A stretch of 53,787 bases of DNA, taken from a virus. Lineage: Duplodnaviria; Caudoviricetes. Positions 29,677 through 39,144 of this stretch are shown here, piece after piece. Position 1 is the stretch's first letter. Each line of letters starts with the position of its first letter. The position numbers and the translations under genes were made by a program. The notes beneath the pieces were generated by a model. That model saw nothing but the letters and a program-made list of their open reading frames with translations. It had not been told where the DNA came from and did no database searches. The stretch is from the IMG/VR virus record IMGVR_UViG_3300042465_006905, positions 1-53,787 of that record. One strand, written 5' to 3'.

Positions 29677-31197
29677 ATGGCATATACAATAACAAATTCA
29701 GATGGAACAACCCTGGTATCAATTGAACCGGGTACAGCAAATTCCACTACCACTAGCCTTACCTTGGTGGGTAAAAACTTCCCTGGCTATGGACAATTCC
29801 TCAATGAAAATTTTATACAGTTATTGGAAAATTTTGCCAGTGGAACTGCCCCAGTAAATCCTCAAGAAGGACAGTTGTGGTGGGACAAAAACGATGCCGC
29901 CAACAAAGTTCTTAAAATTTACATGGGCTCGTCTGTGGGTTGGAAGCGTATCAGCGGTGCCACATCCGGTGGTACTAGACCAGACACCACATACGATAAC
30001 ACAGCCACAGGTGATCTTTGGTGGGACAGTTCTAACGCACAATTAAAAGTCAACAATGGTGGTGTCGGCGATGCTGGTTGGACAGTAATTGGACCTGCGT
30101 TCACTGCCACCACAGGCCAATCAGGTGCCATTGCAGATATTCTAAGTGATGGTACAGCCACTCATGTTATAGTTAAGTTTTTAATCAATAACAAATTAGC
30201 GGCAATTTTGAGCACAGACACAGCATTTACACCCAGTCCTGCATTGACATCAAGTGGATTCAGCACTATCAATCCTGGTATGAATTTGGCCGATGACGCC
30301 ATAGGTGGCACCTTAATTGGACTGAGATATTGGGGCAATGCAAACAATGCAGATTATTTAGGTGGTTCCGCCGCCGCTGTGTTTGCTAGATTGTCTGGCA
30401 CTTCGCCTTTTACCACAGCACAGAGTATTTCTACCAATAGTGGACTCACAGTGGGTGCCGCAAGTGATCTTACAGTATCAGTGGTGTCTGGAGCCGCACG
30501 AGTTACTAGCACAGTAACTGGTCAGAATTTGGATTTCTTTGCAAATGTCAGTGGTACACCAACTAGATTATTGACAGTGGGTGGTGATGGTACTGTAAAA
30601 ATCACAGCCAACACAGCATTAGGCACTACTACCAGTGTGGCAACCAAAAAATATGTTGACGACTCAATCACCGGATTAGGCCTAGGTGGAACCGGTGGCA
30701 ACACCACTTTTGGCGCTAACCTAGTACCAACTGCAAACTTAACATATAACCTGGGCAGTACAACCAGTTGGTGGAACAACATATATGGTACAAGTATTCA
30801 CGCACAGTATGCGGACGTTGCAGAACGCTTCGAAGCTGATGCGGTCATCATGCCCGGAACTGTGGTTGAATTGGGCGGGATCAAAGAAATCACCGCTGTG
30901 GTGGCAGAATTAAGCGAAAACATCCTTGGAGTCATAAGTACTAGAGCAGCCTATTTGATGAACAGCGGAGCTGGATCAGATAGTACACATCCACCAGTTG
31001 CGGTCAGCGGACGGGTTCCTGTTCGCGTTATTGGCCCAATTAACAAGGGTGACAGATTAGTAAGTGCCGGCAATGGATTGGCCAGAGCAGGCGCAAGAAC
31101 AGAAATTTCACCTTGGAATGTAATTGGGCGAGCATTGTCTAGCAAAACTACTCCAGGTGAGGGTATAATTGAAGCTACAGTAAAATTAAATTCGTAA
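29677..31197 (+). CDS. tail fibre-like protein with C-terminal autocleaving chaperone (peptidase G2/IMC-like) domain
   Basis: Shared N-terminal anchor module, ATKKYVD motif, and C-terminal YADVAERF.AD....GTVV.LGG.KEIT...VAVSGRVPVRV.G.I.KGD.LVS, paralogous to 24436. Confidence 0.75.
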   Translation: MAYTITNSDGTTLVSIEPGTANSTTTSLTLVGKNFPGYGQFLNENFIQLLENFASGTAPVNPQEGQLWWDKNDAANKVLKIYMGSSVGWKRISGATSGGTRPDTTYDNTATGDLWWDSSNAQLKVNNGGVGDAGWTVIGPAFTATTGQSGAIADILSDGTATHVIVKFLINNKLAAILSTDTAFTPSPALTSSGFSTINPGMNLADDAIGGTLIGLRYWGNANNADYLGGSAAAVFARLSGTSPFTTAQSISTNSGLTVGAASDLTVSVVSGAARVTSTVTGQNLDFFANVSGTPTRLLTVGGDGTVKITANTALGTTTSVATKKYVDDSITGLGLGGTGGNTTFGANLVPTANLTYNLGSTTSWWNNIYGTSIHAQYADVAERFEADAVIMPGTVVELGGIKEITAVVAELSENILGVISTRAAYLMNSGAGSDSTHPPVAVSGRVPVRVIGPINKGDRLVSAGNGLARAGARTEISPWNVIGRALSSKTTPGEGIIEATVKLNS

Positions 31198-31209
31198 TAG
31201 GAAAAAAAT

Positions 31210-32199
31210 ATGGCATATTCATCAGGCGGACTAATCCAAGCAACCGACTACAACGGGTTTGTTGGTTCAAGTCCCAGTTCAACAGCAAATACTCTTAATA
31301 CCATCTGGGCTGTGGGCAACGGCCAGAATGGTTATGGCCAAACTGCACTGAGTACTGTTAGCGCGGCAGGTTTAGTTACAGCCACACAATGGGCCACAGT
31401 AGTTAACACCCTGAACTCTATCAAAACACACCAGGATGGATCTGGTACAGGCATCGGCGCACCAACTGCCGGTACATTGATTTCTTACTTGGCCACATTT
31501 AGTTCTAGCCTTAACACAGCATACTCAAATAAATTAACAGCAGCCACCAACGGTACAGACATTACAGGCGCCGCACCTACCGCTACTACATGGAACACAG
31601 CAACTCCTACCACACAACAAATTACACGTACAGCAACATTTGCAAGTGCAGATCAAGCTCGTTATTTCTGGAATGCTGGTGGCAAACTGGTATTGACATT
31701 CAGTTGTGTCAACACACTGGGCAACGCAAAAGGCGCAGACTGGTTGGCATTACTTAATACCAGGTTTGCCAGTATTGTGGTCGGTGCCGCAACCAACGGC
31801 GGACGCACAGGTACAGGCGGCACAGTTTCGGCCAGTAATACAGCACTTGGCTATTGGGGTTGCACTACAAGCAACCAAAGTATTGTTACATTGACAAGTG
31901 CATCAGCCACAGCAGACTACGCCAGTAACAGCATTGCGGTTGGTATCAAGACCAACGGTGTGCAGGGAGCCAATGCCGATGTTGGCACGGTGTTTACATT
32001 CACTATTGATTTAACTGATGCGGCAGCTGACACAAACACAGCACCTCCAGGAATCCCAGTATACAGTCCAGTTGGTACTCCACCCGCACAGGGTGCATTT
32101 AACGATGGCTTGAACTTGGCCATCACCACAAACATCACTGTGCGTCCTCCAGAAACAACCAACTTGACCTCGAGTTGGGGTACTGTAACTATTGCATAA
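31210..32199 (+). CDS. virion structural protein
   Basis: 329 aa, Thr/Ala/Gly-rich, starting MAYSSGGLIQATDYN, with F.S.DQARYFWNAGG. Last gene before the hairpin; AGGA RBS upstream. Confidence 0.6.
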   Translation: MAYSSGGLIQATDYNGFVGSSPSSTANTLNTIWAVGNGQNGYGQTALSTVSAAGLVTATQWATVVNTLNSIKTHQDGSGTGIGAPTAGTLISYLATFSSSLNTAYSNKLTAATNGTDITGAAPTATTWNTATPTTQQITRTATFASADQARYFWNAGGKLVLTFSCVNTLGNAKGADWLALLNTRFASIVVGAATNGGRTGTGGTVSASNTALGYWGCTTSNQSIVTLTSASATADYASNSIAVGIKTNGVQGANADVGTVFTFTIDLTDAAADTNTAPPGIPVYSPVGTPPAQGAFNDGLNLAITTNITVRPPETTNLTSSWGTVTIA

Positions 32200-32211
32200 C
32201 AGTCAAATAAC

Positions 32212-32242
32212 GGTAAAACTCGGCGGCTTCGGCCGCTTTACC
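32212..32242 (+). terminator. C(UUCG)G tetraloop hairpin, probable terminator of the structural operon
   Basis: GCGGC-TTCG-GCCGC at 32223-32236 followed by TTT; outer GGTAAA (32212-32217) pairs with TTTACC (32237-32242). The U-tract is short. Confidence 0.6.
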
Positions 32243-32265
32243 TTGGGTGCAATTTGTGTTATACT
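32237..32265 (+). promoter_or_regulatory. sigma70-like promoter with extended -10
   Basis: TTTACC (32237-32242), 17-nt spacer, TATACT (32260-32265) with TG at 32257-32258; ATG at 32272. Confidence 0.55.
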
Positions 32266-32271
32266 GTGCGT

Positions 32272-32586
32272 ATGAGCGACCTTAAACCCATTGTAGAACA
32301 AATTCGACAAGCAACAGACTACCATTTAAATGCCGAAATACTTCGAGAACGCATACTGACCAAAATGCACATCACACACAATGGTGGTATGTTTCGAATC
32401 ACTCCCGAGCTATTGGCATTTGTCAAAACCTGGCCCACAGATGAATTGTACTTGGAAGATGTATTTCACAATCCCATTGAAGTGGATCGTCAAGTATTCT
32501 TAGTCACAGCACAACAGCATTACCAAGAGGTAATGAACGAATGGCACCAACAACATGCCGAACTTAAACAAATCCGCAAAATCTAA
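32272..32586 (+). CDS. hypothetical protein, first gene of the modification cluster
   Basis: ATG 32272 (MSDLKPIVEQ...) is preferred over the track's TTG 32254, which lies inside the promoter; overlaps the next gene. Confidence 0.65.
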   Translation: MSDLKPIVEQIRQATDYHLNAEILRERILTKMHITHNGGMFRITPELLAFVKTWPTDELYLEDVFHNPIEVDRQVFLVTAQQHYQEVMNEWHQQHAELKQIRKI

Positions 32587-33352
32587 AGGCGTTGTAATAT
32601 TTGCAACCAATACTCGTGAAACAGATTATGTGGCTATTGCAGAACAAAACGCTAGACTAGTACAACATTTTTTGGGATTGCCCACAACCATTGTTGGTGC
32701 AACGGATACCGGCACCAACCAACGATTTAGTTCAGACACAGGTACATTTGTAGAATGGAATAATTTTGGAAGACACGAAGCATATGAAGCAAGCCCTTAC
32801 GACGAAACCATCATTCTTGATGCCGACTATCTTATACTTGACGATAGTCTTGATAAGTTATTTCAGTGCCCTTTCAATTACTTGCTTTTTAATCGAAACC
32901 ACACCGTCGATGGCGTATATGAGCCCTGTGTGATGGGACCACACAGTTTGCCTTTTGTGTGGGCCACTGCTGTGTTGTTTAGACGCAGTGAACAGACTCA
33001 AATGTTTTTTGAACTGGTGGCAAGAATCAAACGCAACTACGATTACTACAGATTGCTGTACAATGTTCGGGAAGGCAATTATAGAAATGATTATGCCTTT
33101 GCCATCGCTCACTATATTCTAAGTGGCTATCGGGTGGCAAAAAACACATTTGCACCACATAGTATCACAACATTTGCAGGTGCTATTACTAGCATGGAAT
33201 TACGAGACCATCGTGTTGTTGTGCGCTCAGATCAAGCCTATGTGTTGCCCCTGCAGAGCCTGCATGTTATGAGCAAACGATATTTGACCAGTCCCAATTT
33301 AAAGGAATTTGTAGATCAATGCCTAAGCACTATGCCCAGCAAGGCTTCTTAA
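32555..33352 (+). CDS. GT-A fold glycosyltransferase-like protein
   Basis: GVVIFA N-terminal strand, AYEASPYDETIILDADY (DxD), WAT..LF, YRNDYAF, and late H.M.K, a GT8-like layout. Confidence 0.6.
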   Translation: MPNLNKSAKSKGVVIFATNTRETDYVAIAEQNARLVQHFLGLPTTIVGATDTGTNQRFSSDTGTFVEWNNFGRHEAYEASPYDETIILDADYLILDDSLDKLFQCPFNYLLFNRNHTVDGVYEPCVMGPHSLPFVWATAVLFRRSEQTQMFFELVARIKRNYDYYRLLYNVREGNYRNDYAFAIAHYILSGYRVAKNTFAPHSITTFAGAITSMELRDHRVVVRSDQAYVLPLQSLHVMSKRYLTSPNLKEFVDQCLSTMPSKAS

Positions 33353-34167
33353 CTGTAGCAATTAATACCCCGATCACAGACTACCTACGGCTTGCTTACC
33401 TACAGGCGCTAAATATACAAGCAACGCAACGGATTAAGAACTGTAGTGTCATAGTTGATTCGGCAACACTACAGCAAGTCACTGAACAACATCGTCGTGT
33501 ATTTGAGCACATAATTCCCACAAATCGAGTTGAAGCACAAGGCCCATATGCCAACGAATGGCATGCTTGGTGGCTAAGTCCCTACAAAGAAACTGTTAAG
33601 TTAGAAGCAGACTTGTTGTTTACTCGTAGCATAGATCACTGGTGGACTGCTTTCAGATTGCAGGATGTTTGTCTGAGTTACGGATGTCGAACTTACCAAC
33701 AGCGTGAATCACATGTTAGAAAGTACCGGCAAGTATTTGATGCCAATCGATTGCCTGATGTGTACAATGGATTAATGTATTGGCGTTACAGTGAAACAAG
33801 TCGACAGTTTTTTGAACTAGCAAGGCAGATATTTGAAAATTGGGTGGATGTAAGAGCAGAGCTAAAGAATTGTGATGACCCTTACCCAACAACTGATGTG
33901 GTGTATGCTGTAGCGGCAAAAGTTATGGATACTGCCTGTTACAATCCCAGTTTGGATTTTGTAAACTTTGTACACATGAAGTCGGGCATACAGGACTGGA
34001 GCGATGATCAACCTTGGACCGAGTATTGTATAACTGAACAAGATGGTGACATGTTACGCATCAATAACATTAACCAATTTGCACCGGTACACTATCATGA
34101 AAAAAGTTTTGCCACAGATGAACTAATTGAATACTATGAGCGACGAGTTATACCAACAATTTCCTAA
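33319..34167 (+). CDS. GT-A fold glycosyltransferase-like protein, paralogue of 32555
   Basis: GFLTVA.N...DY, SPYKETVKLEADL (ExD), YNGLMYWR.SE...FF.L, TDVVYA, FVHMK, HYHEK. Confidence 0.6.
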   Translation: MPKHYAQQGFLTVAINTPITDYLRLAYLQALNIQATQRIKNCSVIVDSATLQQVTEQHRRVFEHIIPTNRVEAQGPYANEWHAWWLSPYKETVKLEADLLFTRSIDHWWTAFRLQDVCLSYGCRTYQQRESHVRKYRQVFDANRLPDVYNGLMYWRYSETSRQFFELARQIFENWVDVRAELKNCDDPYPTTDVVYAVAAKVMDTACYNPSLDFVNFVHMKSGIQDWSDDQPWTEYCITEQDGDMLRINNINQFAPVHYHEKSFATDELIEYYERRVIPTIS

Positions 34168-34456
34168 ACAACAACTTGAATATCGGTTGTACTACGATGC
34201 AAAGGGACGACCAACATGCATGGCCAGTCACGATTATCCAGCAGGTGATTATGTTGTTATTACCAAAGAGCAATATGAACGACCAAATTACAATGTGCGT
34301 GTACTGAATGGCACCATTGTGTTTGACACCCGAGACCATTTTCATGTACAATTAAAAAGAAGCAATACAGGTGTGGCTGTAGTACGAGGCCACGCTAGCC
34401 TTGTACTAGAAAATGATCATTACAAAGAAATAGAATACTATGACAGAAATAGTTGA
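34136..34456 (+). CDS. hypothetical protein
   Basis: Overlaps both neighbours; contains EYRLYYD..G. Start could be 34127 or 34136. Confidence 0.6.
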   Translation: MSDELYQQFPKQQLEYRLYYDAKGRPTCMASHDYPAGDYVVITKEQYERPNYNVRVLNGTIVFDTRDHFHVQLKRSNTGVAVVRGHASLVLENDHYKEIEYYDRNS

Positions 34457-35339
34457 TGTAGCAGACTTAGATTGTGTATACCTAACTTATGATGAACCTC
34501 GACGAGAAGAATTTTGGGTACAAATTCAAAATCTTGTACCGTGGGCAAAGCGTGTGGACGGCGTTAAAGGAAGCGATGCCGCTCATAAGGCGTGTGCAGA
34601 TATTAGCGACACTGATAGGTTTGTTCTTATCGACGGCGATAATATTCCTGACAGCAATTTCTTCAATCTTCAATTAGAGCTCAACGACACCAATAGGGAC
34701 TGTGTGTTCCGTTGGAGAGCCCGCAATGCTATCAACGGCTTGATGTATGGCAATGGTGGCATGAGTTCATGGACAAAGGAATTTGTCTATGCCATGCGTA
34801 CACATGAAGCCACAGATGGCACTGCGGCCAATGATGTAGAATTTTGTTTCTATCCCAACTATTGGAGTATGTATGACTGCTACTCAACTACCTATCCTGA
34901 CGCCACCCCGTTCCAAGCCTGGCGTGCCGGCTTCCGCGAGGGTGTTAAGATGTCATTGGATCGCGGTGTTAAACCATCATTGGTTGAGTTTGAAAGTCGT
35001 GTAAACAATCGCAACTATGATAACTTGTGTATATGGCAAACAGTGGGCGCAGACAATGAAAACGGTGCCTGGGCCATAATGGGCGCACGACATGGCACAT
35101 TCAAGACCATGTTAACTGATTGGGCCTACACACAAGTGCAGAGTTTCGATGCATTACAGTCTATATGGGACGCAGAAGCAAAGCACACAGATGTAGTTGA
35201 CGAAGCACACAGCTATGGCGATCACATACGCCGGCGATTAGGATTGCCCATTGTAGATATGGATTCGGCAGAGAGTCGGTTCTTCAAACATCACTACATG
35301 AGCCAGTACAAAAATAAAGGACCAATGATCCGTGAGTAA
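34440..35339 (+). CDS. glycosyltransferase-like protein (GT-A, DGD motif)
   Basis: DCVYLTYDEP, VDGVKGSDAAHKAC, FVLIDGDN, NAINGLMYGNGG, AWRAGFREGVK; homologous to the last domain of 50337..52595. Confidence 0.6.
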   Translation: MTEIVDVADLDCVYLTYDEPRREEFWVQIQNLVPWAKRVDGVKGSDAAHKACADISDTDRFVLIDGDNIPDSNFFNLQLELNDTNRDCVFRWRARNAINGLMYGNGGMSSWTKEFVYAMRTHEATDGTAANDVEFCFYPNYWSMYDCYSTTYPDATPFQAWRAGFREGVKMSLDRGVKPSLVEFESRVNNRNYDNLCIWQTVGADNENGAWAIMGARHGTFKTMLTDWAYTQVQSFDALQSIWDAEAKHTDVVDEAHSYGDHIRRRLGLPIVDMDSAESRFFKHHYMSQYKNKGPMIRE

Positions 35340-36717
35340 AAGTGATTTCATGTCTGCGGCTGAGCAGATGAAACAACAACTGGGTCCTGCACTTTGCCTT
35401 GCCAAATGGCAACAGGTAAGCCTACACTTGCCCACTGGTCTTAACAACAGTTGTTACCATCCACCATTGCATAAAATAGATGTTGAACCGTTGAAAGCAA
35501 ATCCCGGCGCACTACACAACACCGCTTATAAAAAAGAACAGCGGAAGATCATGATCCGTAACGAAAAACCCAGTGAGTGTAGTTACTGCTGGAATATTGA
35601 AAAGCACGATCAGCTTAGTGATAGACATTATCGGTCGGGTGAAAAGTGGGCCGTAGAACATTTTGATGCCATACAAAATTCCTCAGGAGATGAAGATGTT
35701 GTTCCAAGTTATGTGGAAGTTAATTTTAATCATGCTTGTAATCTCAAGTGTAGTTATTGTAGCCCCCAGTTTAGTAGCAGTTGGCAAGCAGAAGTTGACA
35801 AGTTTGGCGGATATCCTACTAGCGTTGTTCATAATGACCCTGCTCACTTTGTTGGTAGCCGGCGTCCTATACCCCATTCTCAACCCAACCCCTATGTAGA
35901 TGCCTTCTGGGAATGGTGGCCTGAACTGTACCCCAAACTAAAACACTTTCGCATGACCGGTGGTGAACCCTTGATGGATCGTAACACTTACAAGGTATTT
36001 GACTATGTGTTGGCCATGCCCAATCCCGAATTGCACCTAGATGTTACCAGTAACTTCAGTGTAGAAGATGCCTTGATGGACAAATACCTTGGCTATGTTA
36101 AGCAGTTATGTAACACACAAATTGAACACTTCATGCAGTATGTTAGCTTAGACTCGGGCAACTATGCTCATGCCGAGTATATTAGACACGGATTAAACTA
36201 CAATCGTGTGGTTGAAAATGTCAACATGTTCTTGAGAGAAATTCCATATCGTAACAGTTTGACATTTATCATTACAATGAACAATCTCAGTGTGTTGGGC
36301 CTACAACAACAATTAGATTGGATACTGCGGTTGCGTAAGAACCATAGCACAACATATCAGCGTGTGTGGTTCGACACACCATTGCTACGCACACCCCGGT
36401 GGCAGAGTTTACAAATCCTACCGGCTGTGTATGTACGGCAATTGGAGCGTGTAGCGGACTGGATGGAACTGAATTTGGAAACACCAGATCGACCATTTCA
36501 AGGATTCAAAGATTACGAACTACAGCGTATGCGTCGCGATATTGCCTGGATGGAAGAAGGTCGCAATCTAGATCCTGAATATATTAAAATGCAAAGAGCA
36601 GACTTTTATCGGTTCTTCAATGAACACGATAAGCGTCGCCATACCAACTTTGAAGAAACATTTCCGCAAATGACGGAATTTTGGAAAGAATGTAGATACC
36701 ATGCCCAAAATAGTTAA
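35332..36717 (+). CDS. radical SAM protein with N-terminal twitch-like Cys module
   Basis: CNLKCSYC and TGGEP core, preceded by CLAKW...SCYH...ECSYCW; GTG start overlapping the upstream stop. Confidence 0.9.
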   Translation: MSKSDFMSAAEQMKQQLGPALCLAKWQQVSLHLPTGLNNSCYHPPLHKIDVEPLKANPGALHNTAYKKEQRKIMIRNEKPSECSYCWNIEKHDQLSDRHYRSGEKWAVEHFDAIQNSSGDEDVVPSYVEVNFNHACNLKCSYCSPQFSSSWQAEVDKFGGYPTSVVHNDPAHFVGSRRPIPHSQPNPYVDAFWEWWPELYPKLKHFRMTGGEPLMDRNTYKVFDYVLAMPNPELHLDVTSNFSVEDALMDKYLGYVKQLCNTQIEHFMQYVSLDSGNYAHAEYIRHGLNYNRVVENVNMFLREIPYRNSLTFIITMNNLSVLGLQQQLDWILRLRKNHSTTYQRVWFDTPLLRTPRWQSLQILPAVYVRQLERVADWMELNLETPDRPFQGFKDYELQRMRRDIAWMEEGRNLDPEYIKMQRADFYRFFNEHDKRRHTNFEETFPQMTEFWKECRYHAQNS

Positions 36718-38062
36718 CGAAACAGATTTAGAATACAAGCACAGAGTAATCGACATCAAGTCAGCCAGTTTCTGTGGAGCCAAATGGTACAATGCCACCA
36801 TTTGGCTAGGATCGGGCCAGACAACCAGTTGTCATCATCCTTTGCCGCATGCCATTGATCGAGATGAAATTAAAACCAATCCCAAGGCAATTCACAACAC
36901 ACAAAAGAAAAAAATGGAGCGTGAGCAAATGCAAAAGGGTGAGCGTCCCGCAGGTTGCGAATACTGTTGGAAGATAGAAGATATTAAAACAGATCCTTTC
37001 CCTGCCGCTATCAGTGATCGTGTTTATAAAACCGTAATATACAGTGACGAGGATCTAGCCCATGCACATAGAACACCTGCCAGCGAAGATGTCGATCTTC
37101 AAACGCTTGAAATTGCTTTTGATAGAACTTGTCAGTTTGCTTGTAGCTATTGTAACCCTGCTTTCAGTAGCACTTGGGTTAAAGATATTAAACAGCATGG
37201 ACCCTACACCAACCTGGTTAGTGACGGCAGGAACCATTTTACTCATGCTCATGATAGCAGTCAACTTTATAAATTTGGTGAAGTTAATCCGTATGTGGAA
37301 GCATTCCATAAATGGTGGGAAACAGATCTCCACAGAACCTTAAAGGAACTACGCATCACCGGCGGAGAACCCTTGATGAGTGCAGAGACTTGGAAACTAA
37401 TTGACTGGTTCAAAACAAACAAGGGTAAAAGCACTACTCGCTTGGCCATTAACAGTAACTTGGGCACTGATGTCGACATTGATCGCTTGCTAGACAGCAT
37501 TGACGGTGTTGAAGTTGACCTATACACCAGTAACGAAAGTATGAGCCTACAGGCAGAATATATTCGTGACGGGCTTGTGTTTGATGACTGGGCCAACAAT
37601 GTAGAACGCTTATTAGACTCAGGTCGGTTCCGTGGCATACATGTCATGGCAACCGTTAACGCATTGTGTTTAGACAGCCTAGACAGCTTTTTGGAAATGG
37701 TTATGAATTGGAAACGCGAGTATGGCAAAGATGCTGTTAACTTTTCGCTAAATATATTGCGCTTCCCAAGTTTTCAATCACTCACAGTACTACCCAAAGA
37801 TATCCGCCTGACCTATCACAACCGACTACATGACTTTGTCAACGGTTATAGACACGGCACAGAGATGCATGAATTTGAATGGAATCAATTATCACGACTG
37901 CTGAGTTATATTACTGAAGTAAGCGAAGCACACAAAGAAGCCATGTCTCAAACAATATTGCAACGCGACTTTAAAAACTTTTATCAACAATACGATCAGC
38001 GTCGAAACAAAAACTTCGCAGAAACATTTCCTGCATTAGCAGATTGGTATGATATGATATGA
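36701..38062 (+). CDS. radical SAM protein with N-terminal twitch-like Cys module
   Basis: CQFACSYC and TGGEP, preceded by CGAKW...SCHH...GCEYCW; tandem paralogue of 35332. Confidence 0.9.
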   Translation: MPKIVNETDLEYKHRVIDIKSASFCGAKWYNATIWLGSGQTTSCHHPLPHAIDRDEIKTNPKAIHNTQKKKMEREQMQKGERPAGCEYCWKIEDIKTDPFPAAISDRVYKTVIYSDEDLAHAHRTPASEDVDLQTLEIAFDRTCQFACSYCNPAFSSTWVKDIKQHGPYTNLVSDGRNHFTHAHDSSQLYKFGEVNPYVEAFHKWWETDLHRTLKELRITGGEPLMSAETWKLIDWFKTNKGKSTTRLAINSNLGTDVDIDRLLDSIDGVEVDLYTSNESMSLQAEYIRDGLVFDDWANNVERLLDSGRFRGIHVMATVNALCLDSLDSFLEMVMNWKREYGKDAVNFSLNILRFPSFQSLTVLPKDIRLTYHNRLHDFVNGYRHGTEMHEFEWNQLSRLLSYITEVSEAHKEAMSQTILQRDFKNFYQQYDQRRNKNFAETFPALADWYDMI

Positions 38063-39144
38063 TAAGTATTAGACATTTTGGATATTTTAATATACCACCA
38101 CATGGAGTAATTGATAACATATTAGGAAAACTAGAATTTAATCGCCCAGCAATATTTTTTATAATTGACCCGTTGACAGGTGAAGAACTTCCCTATGATG
38201 AAATGAAATTATTAGACAAAGATAATTTGTTTGTGATAGTTCACACCGGAGAAGGACATTCGCATTTAGAATTTGATATTCTTTTAAATCAGTTGTTGAA
38301 TATTGTTGGTGTTGTTCCCTCCCATATAACTTTATATACTGGATGTTTGTATGATCCACAAAGTCCAGTTAACAGTATAGGAACTATTGTTCCGCATTGC
38401 GGTGTAACTGTATCTTCAATCACACAGCATTTTATCAACTATCCAACAACACACCATTATGTATGTTTAAATAGATTACCTAGATGGGAAAGAGAAGAAA
38501 TAGTTACTGCATTACTTGATCGTAAAATAGATATGTATGGAAAAATTTCTTTTGCCTCAGCATTTACAAAAAATGAATACAGGCAGAAATTTAAAACTGA
38601 CAAAAGATACCGTGATAATTTTCCTTTGTATTTAGATGGAGTGCTTAAAAACATCAATCAAAGTTTTCAAATCGAAGACCAAAGTATAACAGGAGCTTTG
38701 TTTAATGTAGTTACAGAAAGCTCGTATGAAATAGTAGATAAATTATACATGTCTGATGATTCTACTCAAGAAACTATAACTGGACAATCGTTGCCTGTAT
38801 TTTCAGAAAAACTGTATAAATCATTTTTAGTTGGGCAAATTCCCATATTAGTAAGTCCATATTATACTGTTAATGTTGCTAGAGAGTTTGGGTTTGACAT
38901 GTTTGATGACATAATAGACCATGGTTACGATTTAGAAAAAGACGCAATCAAACGAATTCAATTGATAGCAGATCAAGTTGAAAAAATTTGTAATATGAGC
39001 ATACAGGATCTTGTTGCCTTAAAAGAAAAAATCATGCCCAGGTTAATAAAAAATTATAATCGTGTACACCATTGGGCATTTAATATAGATGGAGATTTGC
39101 CTCGTTGGGAAAAATATTTTAGACAACTTGGCGTGTTGGCATGA
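38059..39144 (+). CDS. GT10/fucosyltransferase-like (GT-B) protein
   Basis: CLNR.PR..R, FNVVTES...FSEKLYKSF..GQIPI...GFDMFDDIIDHGYD, resembling the E.S...TEK....P donor-binding motif. Paralogue of 49154..50338; visibly more AT-rich than its neighbours. Confidence 0.5.
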   Translation: MISIRHFGYFNIPPHGVIDNILGKLEFNRPAIFFIIDPLTGEELPYDEMKLLDKDNLFVIVHTGEGHSHLEFDILLNQLLNIVGVVPSHITLYTGCLYDPQSPVNSIGTIVPHCGVTVSSITQHFINYPTTHHYVCLNRLPRWEREEIVTALLDRKIDMYGKISFASAFTKNEYRQKFKTDKRYRDNFPLYLDGVLKNINQSFQIEDQSITGALFNVVTESSYEIVDKLYMSDDSTQETITGQSLPVFSEKLYKSFLVGQIPILVSPYYTVNVAREFGFDMFDDIIDHGYDLEKDAIKRIQLIADQVEKICNMSIQDLVALKEKIMPRLIKNYNRVHHWAFNIDGDLPRWEKYFRQLGVLA

